Below are positions 57,755 through 64,000 of a stretch of 64,000 nucleotides of DNA, in pieces. Each line of letters starts with the position of its first letter. The stretch's first letter is position 1. Position numbers and translations under genes: made by a program. Source of the stretch: the human T2T-CHM13v2.0 reference genome, Homo sapiens; the NCBI RefSeq assembly GCF_009914755.1, contig NC_060929.1; one strand, written 5' to 3'. The notes below the pieces were generated by a model. It searched no databases, was not told where the DNA came from, and worked only from the letters and a program-made list of their open reading frames with translations.

Positions 57755-58006
57755 TGCAGGCCAATATCCTTCATGAACATAGAAACAAAATCTCAACAAA
57801 ATACTAGCAAACTGATCCAGCAGCACATCAAAAAGCTAATCCACCATGAACAAGTAGACTTCATCCCTGGAATGCCAGGTTGATTCAACACACACAAATC
57901 AATGTGTGATTCATCATAAAAACAGAACTAAAGAGAAAATCCACATAATTTTCTCAACAGGCATTTGATAAAATTCAACATCACTTCATGTTAAAAACCC
58001 ACAATA

Positions 58007-58316
<310 letters not shown>

Positions 58317-60667
58317 CTAGGCAGTGAAAGAACATACTTCAATATAATAAGAGCTATATATGATGAACTCACAGCCAACATCACACATAATGGGCAAAAG
58401 CTGAAAGCATTCCCTTTGAAAACCAAAACAAGAAAACAATGCCAACTCTCACCACTCCTATTTAACATAGTATTGGAAGTTCTGGCCAGAGATATTAGGC
58501 AAGAGAAAGAAATAAAAGACATGAAAATAGGAAGACAGAAAGCCAAACTATCTCTGTTTGCAGGTAGCATGATTCTATATCTGGAAACCCCATTGTCTCT
58601 GCTCAAAAGCTCCTTGAGCTGATAAGCAACTTCAACAAAGTTTCAGGATACAAAATCAATATACAATAATCAGTGTATAGCATTTCTATACACTAACAGC
58701 ACTCAAGCCAAGAACCAGTTAAGGAACTCAATCCCATTCACAACTGCCACAAAAGAACAAAATACCTAGAAATACAGTTAGCCAGGGATATAAAAGATCT
58801 CTACAAAGAGAGCTACAAAACACTGCTCAAGGAAATCAGAGATGACACAAACAAATTGAGAAGCATCCCATGATCATGGATAGGAAGAATCAGTGTTGTT
58901 AAAATGGCCATAAGGTCCAAAGCAATTTACAAATTCAATGCTATTTCTATCACACTACCAAAGACACTCTTCACAGAACTAGAAAAAATTATTCTAAAAT
59001 TCATATAGAACCAAAAAGAGGCTAAAAAGAAGAAAGTTGAAGGAATCCTATTGCCCGATTTTAAACTGTACAAGCCTACAGTAATCAAAACAGCATGGTA
59101 CTGGTTTACAAACAAACACATATACCCATTAAACAGAATAGAGAGACCAGAAATAAAGTCACACACTTATAACTATCTGATCTTTAGCAAAGTGGACTAC
59201 AACAAGCAATGGGGAAAGGACTCCCTATTCAATAAATGATGCTCAAATAATTGACTAGTTATATGAAGAAGATGCGGAAGATACAAACTGGACTTCTTTC
59301 TTACAGCATATTCAAAACAACTTAAGATGGATTGAACATCTAAATGTAAAACTAAAAACTATAGAAACCCTGGAAGATAACCTAGGAAATACAATTTTGG
59401 ACTTACTAATTGGCTAAGATTTCGTGATGAAAATGCCAAGAGCAATTGCAACAAAAGTAAAAATAAACAAATGAAATTGAATTAAACTAAAGAGCTTCTG
59501 CACAACAAAAGAAACTATCAAAACAGTAAACAGACAACCTACAGAATAGGAAAGAATATTTGCAAGCTATACATTAGATTATGGTCTAAGATCCAGATTA
59601 TACAAGGAACTCAAACAAACATACAAGCAAAAAAGCAAACAACCCTATTAAAAAGTGGGCAAAGGAAATGAACACTTTTCCAAAGAAGACATACATACAT
59701 CCCAGAAGCATATGATAAAATGCCCAATATCACTAATCATTAGAGAAATTCAAATTAAAACCACAATGGGATATCACCTCATACCAGTCAAATCAAAACC
59801 ACAGTCAGAGACCATCTCACACCAGTCAGATACTATCTCACACCAGTTCTGTTTATAGTTGTTTGGGGAATTGTCACACTGCTTTCCACAAAAGTTGCAC
59901 TAATTTATACTCTCACGTGTGCAACCCTTGTGGAAAGCAGTGTGGCGATTCCTCAAAGAACTATAAATAGAACAACCATTCAACCTAGCAATTCCACTAC
60001 TGGTTATAAACCCAAAGGAATATAAATTGTTCTACCATAAAGACACATCTACACATGTTCATTACAGCACTATTCACAATGTTTATTACAGCATTATTCC
60101 ATGCAAAGTTATGGAATGAACCTAAATGCCCATCAACAGTGGACTGGATAAAAAAAATGTGATACATATATACCGTGGAATACTATGTGGCCATAAAAAG
60201 AATGAAACCACGTGTTTCGTAGGAACATGGATAAAGCTGGAGGCCATTACCCTTAGCAAACTAACATAGGAATGGAAAACCAAACACTGCATGTTCTCAC
60301 TTGTACATGAGAGCTAAATAATGAGAAAACATGGACAGAAAGAGAAGAACAACAGACAGGATCCTCCTTGAAAGAAGAGGGTTGGAGGAGGGCGAGGTTT
60401 AGCAAAAAAAAAAAGAAAAAAGAAAAAACTATTAGGTACTATGCTTAATATCTGGGTGATGAAATAATCTGTACACCAAACCCCCTAGTCATGAGTTACC
60501 TATATAACAAACCTGTATATGTACTTCTGAACCTAAACTAAAAGTTAAAATATTAAAAAAAGAAAGCACAATTCTCATGTATTGAGAATAAAAAGATTAA
60601 AAAAAGAAATGCCTTCAGGGCAAAGATCAAATTCCAGATGTAGCTATAAGACCCACCTTTGTTACTA

Positions 60668-61022
60668 TAGGTTGAGAAGTCCTAATCCAAAAATTCAAAA
60701 TTAGACATTTTCCAAAATCTGAGACTGGCTAAGTGCTGACTTGATGCCACAAGTGGAAAATTCTACACTTAGCCTCACGTGACAGATCATAGCAGTTAAA
60801 ATGCAATCACACAACACACAATTTGTTCAGTGTCCCCCAAAAAATAAAATTATCTTTAGTCTATGTGCATGATATCTACATAAATCATACATTTTATTTT
60901 CAGACACAGGTCATATCTTCAAGATAGTTCATTGTGTATGTGCAAATATTCCAAAATCTGGAAAATTCTGAAATCCAAAACACTTCCAGTCCCAAGCATT
61001 TGGATAAGGGAAACTAAAACTG
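60668..61022. mobile_element. Tigger4b-like (Zombi/MER46) MITE
   Basis: 'aggttgagaagtcctaatccaaaaattc...gccacaagtggaaaattc...cccaagcatttggataagggaaactaaaactg' with TA on both sides. Confidence 0.88.
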
Positions 61023-61085
61023 TACTTCAAAAAGATTTATGGTGCCTCATAGAAAATTTCAGCTAGGCAGAATGTCTTCTAAAGA

Positions 61086-61599
61086 TTTATTTTGAAATAT
61101 AATTCACATGCTATTAAATTTAATATTTCAAAGTGTACAATTTAGTAATATTAGTATATTCACAAGGTTATGTAACCATCATTATCTAATCCCACAACAC
61201 TTTCATCACCACAAATAGAAACCTCATACCTATTAGCAGTAACTGCATCCCTCTACAATATCCCCTGGAAACAACCAATCTACCTTCTTTCTGTATGGAT
61301 TTTTCTAATCTGGATATTTGAAATAAATGAAACCATGTGATATGTGACTGTTCCCTTACCTAATGTTTCTAAAGTTCACATTTTAGCTTTTATGGTATCA
61401 GCGCTTCATTTGTTTTTACGGATGAATAACATTACATTGCATGGATATAACACAAAATGTATTATATCCCATTTATCACTTTATGGGCTTTTGGGTTCTT
61501 TCTACCTTCAAGCTATTATGAATATGAAAATTACTGTACAAATGTTTGCATATGTATATGTTTTAGATATCTCCTGGATATATACCTAGGAGTAGAATT
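61086..61599 (-). mobile_element. L1MB-like 3' end
   Basis: 'gaaatataattcacatgc...aaagtgtacaatttagt...ttagtatattcacaaggttatgtaaccatca...cctattagcagt'. Confidence 0.85.
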
Positions 61600-61768
61600 T
61601 ATCAAAAATTCTTCCCAAAAGTATAAGATACATAAACTCTTTTCAACTCATTCTATGAAGCCAGTATTACTCTTATAGCAATACTGGACAAAATATCACA
61701 AGAAAAAGATATTACAGACAAATATTCCTTATGGATGCAAATATGATTAACAATGTGCTACCAATGTC

Positions 61769-61899
61769 GTCCAGCATGGTGGTTCACACATATAATCTTA
61801 GCTACTTGGGAGGCTGAGGCAAGAGGCTCACATGAGGCCAGGAATTCAAGAGTAGTCTAAGTAACATAGTGAGACCTGGTCTTAAAAAGAAAAAAAAAA
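61769..61899 (+). mobile_element. Free Alu monomer (FLAM_A-like)
   Basis: Single ~115-nt arm 'ccagcatggtggttcacacatataatcttagctacttgggaggctgaggc...aacatagtgagacc' plus A tail. Confidence 0.85.
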
Positions 61900-61901
61900 T
61901 T

Positions 61902-62258
61902 CCCACCTGTAAGTGAACATGCGGTGTTTGGTTTTTTGTCCTTGCGATAGTTTGCTGAGAATGATGGTTTCCAGCTTCATCCATGTCCCTACAAAGGACA
62001 TGAACTCATCATTTTTTATGGCTGCATAGTATTCCATGGTGTATATAACAATGAGAACACATGGACACAAGAAGAGGAACATCACACACCGGGGACTGTT
62101 GTGGGGTGGGGGAAGGGGGGAGGGATAGCATTAGGAGATATATCTAATGCTAAATGACGAGTTAATGGGTGCAGCACACCAACATGGCACATGTATACAT
62201 ATGTAACAAACCTGCACATTATGCACATGTACCCTAAAACTTAAAGCATAATAATAAA
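61902..62258 (+). mobile_element. Twin-primed (5'-inverted) L1PA3/4-like insertion
   Basis: Antisense L1 61902-62046 joined to sense 3' UTR from ~62048; TSD aaaaagaaaaaaaaa(a)tt at 61884-61901 and 62259-62275. Confidence 0.93.
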
Positions 62259-62339
62259 AAAAAGAAAAAAAAATTATAGCCATGTGAATCTGGCAACTAT
62301 AAAAATGTTTACTCTCCATGAGTAAGTGGGAAATCAGAT

Positions 62340-63316
62340 TCTCTTTCTCCCCAGATTTTGTTGCTGCTACTGAAAATATTTGTTTACTTAGTGGCTTTTC
62401 TCAACTGGTGATGTCTATATGCTTTATTGATGTGGCCTCTGAAGTCTCTGATAGTCAACAAATGATTGGCCAAAGATTTCCTTAAATTCCCAGAACCACA
62501 TTATTCCAGCCTTTGCTGAAGGGGTTCTGAGTGTATGCCGGAACATGCCTTCAGCACTCAGCCTGGCAGTTTCCAACTTTGACTTAGTCTTTACTTTCTG
62601 CTTGTCCAGAGCCACAACATCATCCAGAGGTGAGAGCTCAGGACCTTTTCAGGTTTTTGCTGATCACCTGCACTGTCCTGGGCATGTGTAAACATGTTGG
62701 AGCTTTTCAAAGTCCCTAAAGACATCTCATTTTCATAATTTTCTTTTTAAGCTTTTTGGTTAGTCTATTGTTTGCTCAGTTTCTATCCACTGCTTCAGGC
62801 AGTCATGAAGTTACACAATTGCCTGTATATGTTTTCAACAAATGCTCATTGAGAATGAGTTTTTTGTTTGTTTGTTTGTTTGGCTTTTTTTTTTTTTGTA
62901 ATGTGTGAGGTCCAAATCAGATCAATACATACAGCCTTGCAAGTGCGGTTTTCCAGAAAATCACCATGCAGGGTTTTTTTTTTTTTTTTAAGGCACTTAT
63001 TTAAAAATGAGGCTTTAAAGAGCTCCAACCACATTTTTAGTGGCTGCTAGACTGATGAATTTTAACAAGAATACTGACTGTTATGCTCAGAGCTGAAGAA
63101 ATGGGGATACAACCAGGGCAAGTTAAAACATCACAAATCTTGCTGTTCTTATTGGTATTCAGCCAGCTTTCTTGGATAAATGTTACTCTTGGTTGTTGTA
63201 AGACTTAATTTCTACAATTTTCAAAGAGTTATTTATCATATTGTTGTCAGTTTTCTCATTGTTTTCATGGAGGAAATAAATTTGGTGATTCTTTTTCCAC
63301 AATTTTCAGTGATGTC
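62340..63316 (-). mobile_element. Old L1 5' region (L1M4-like)
   Basis: 'agatttccttaaa', 'gccttcagcactcagcctggcagttt', 'ctatccactgcttcaggcag', ending 'ctttttccacaattttcagtgatgtc', like recalled L1M4 5' ends. Confidence 0.65.
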
Positions 63317-64000
63317 TTCTTTCTTCCAGCAATCTTAAAAGTATGCTGGAAACTGTATTAAACAATAGAGCTTCCAAGAACCTGAAAGGTGTTGTTAGAA
63401 AGTAACCTCTTAACAGCATTCAAACAGAGACAGCCCTGTACTGAAGAAATTTGTAGGTATAACTCATCTAAGGAAGGAAACCTGAGTATATTTCAGAGGA
63501 GACACATGAAATTTTCAGGAGAATCATATTGGTGGAAGCACCAGTGGCTCAGCTAAAAAGATCACAGACAGAACAAAATGGAAAGGTACCGTTGAAACAC
63601 CAACATTCTATGAGAAGAAAAAGGTTACAACCTCTTAAACAAAATGAAGGATGAATGAGAAGTTTGAAAGAAAAGCGAGGAGCTCAGAGCCAAGAAACCC
63701 AGCAAATCATTTTCAGGATGCAGAACTAGGTCCTAATCAATGAACTACTGGCATGTATCTTATTGGATTTTAGATTTCCTGTGAGCCTATGCTATATGCC
63801 TCCTACCCCCATTCACTTTTGAAGAAGAGTGTTTGTTGTGACTATTCTAACTATGTATCACCATTGTATATTGGGTCTGTGAGCTTTAGACAACATGTTT
63901 CTTGACTTCTTAGTCTTAGATTGAGATAATTTGTACTCAAGGAACCTTACCTGAGAAATCTCTTTCATACCTGTATCTTATTTGGGTAATAACATCTTGG

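Overview
AT-rich, CpG-poor primate genomic DNA (AluJ/S/Y and L1PA3-like elements; most likely human or another hominoid). It looks intronic or intergenic and is largely built from interspersed repeats. I cannot support any intact protein-coding gene: the long ORFs are L1 ORF2, Tigger1 transposase or ERV env remnants, or low-complexity artefacts. I found no CRISPR array, tRNA or rRNA. The best-supported features are a U6 snRNA/L1 chimeric retrocopy (34212-35479), a full-length Tigger1 (27226-29633), a MER57-type ERV1 provirus lacking its 5' LTR (38184-44844), a young 5'-truncated L1PA3-like copy (50165-51940) and an MLT1 MaLR provirus broken by many nested insertions (55811 to the window end). 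The window also holds several clear non-standard L1 products: a 48-bp insertion with TSDs, a twin-primed inversion, a probable 3' transduction and a fold-back duplication. These belong to known mechanism classes, and I did not find a demonstrably new biological system. Subfamily names come from my recollection of consensus sequences, not from a search, and boundaries of old repeats are approximate.
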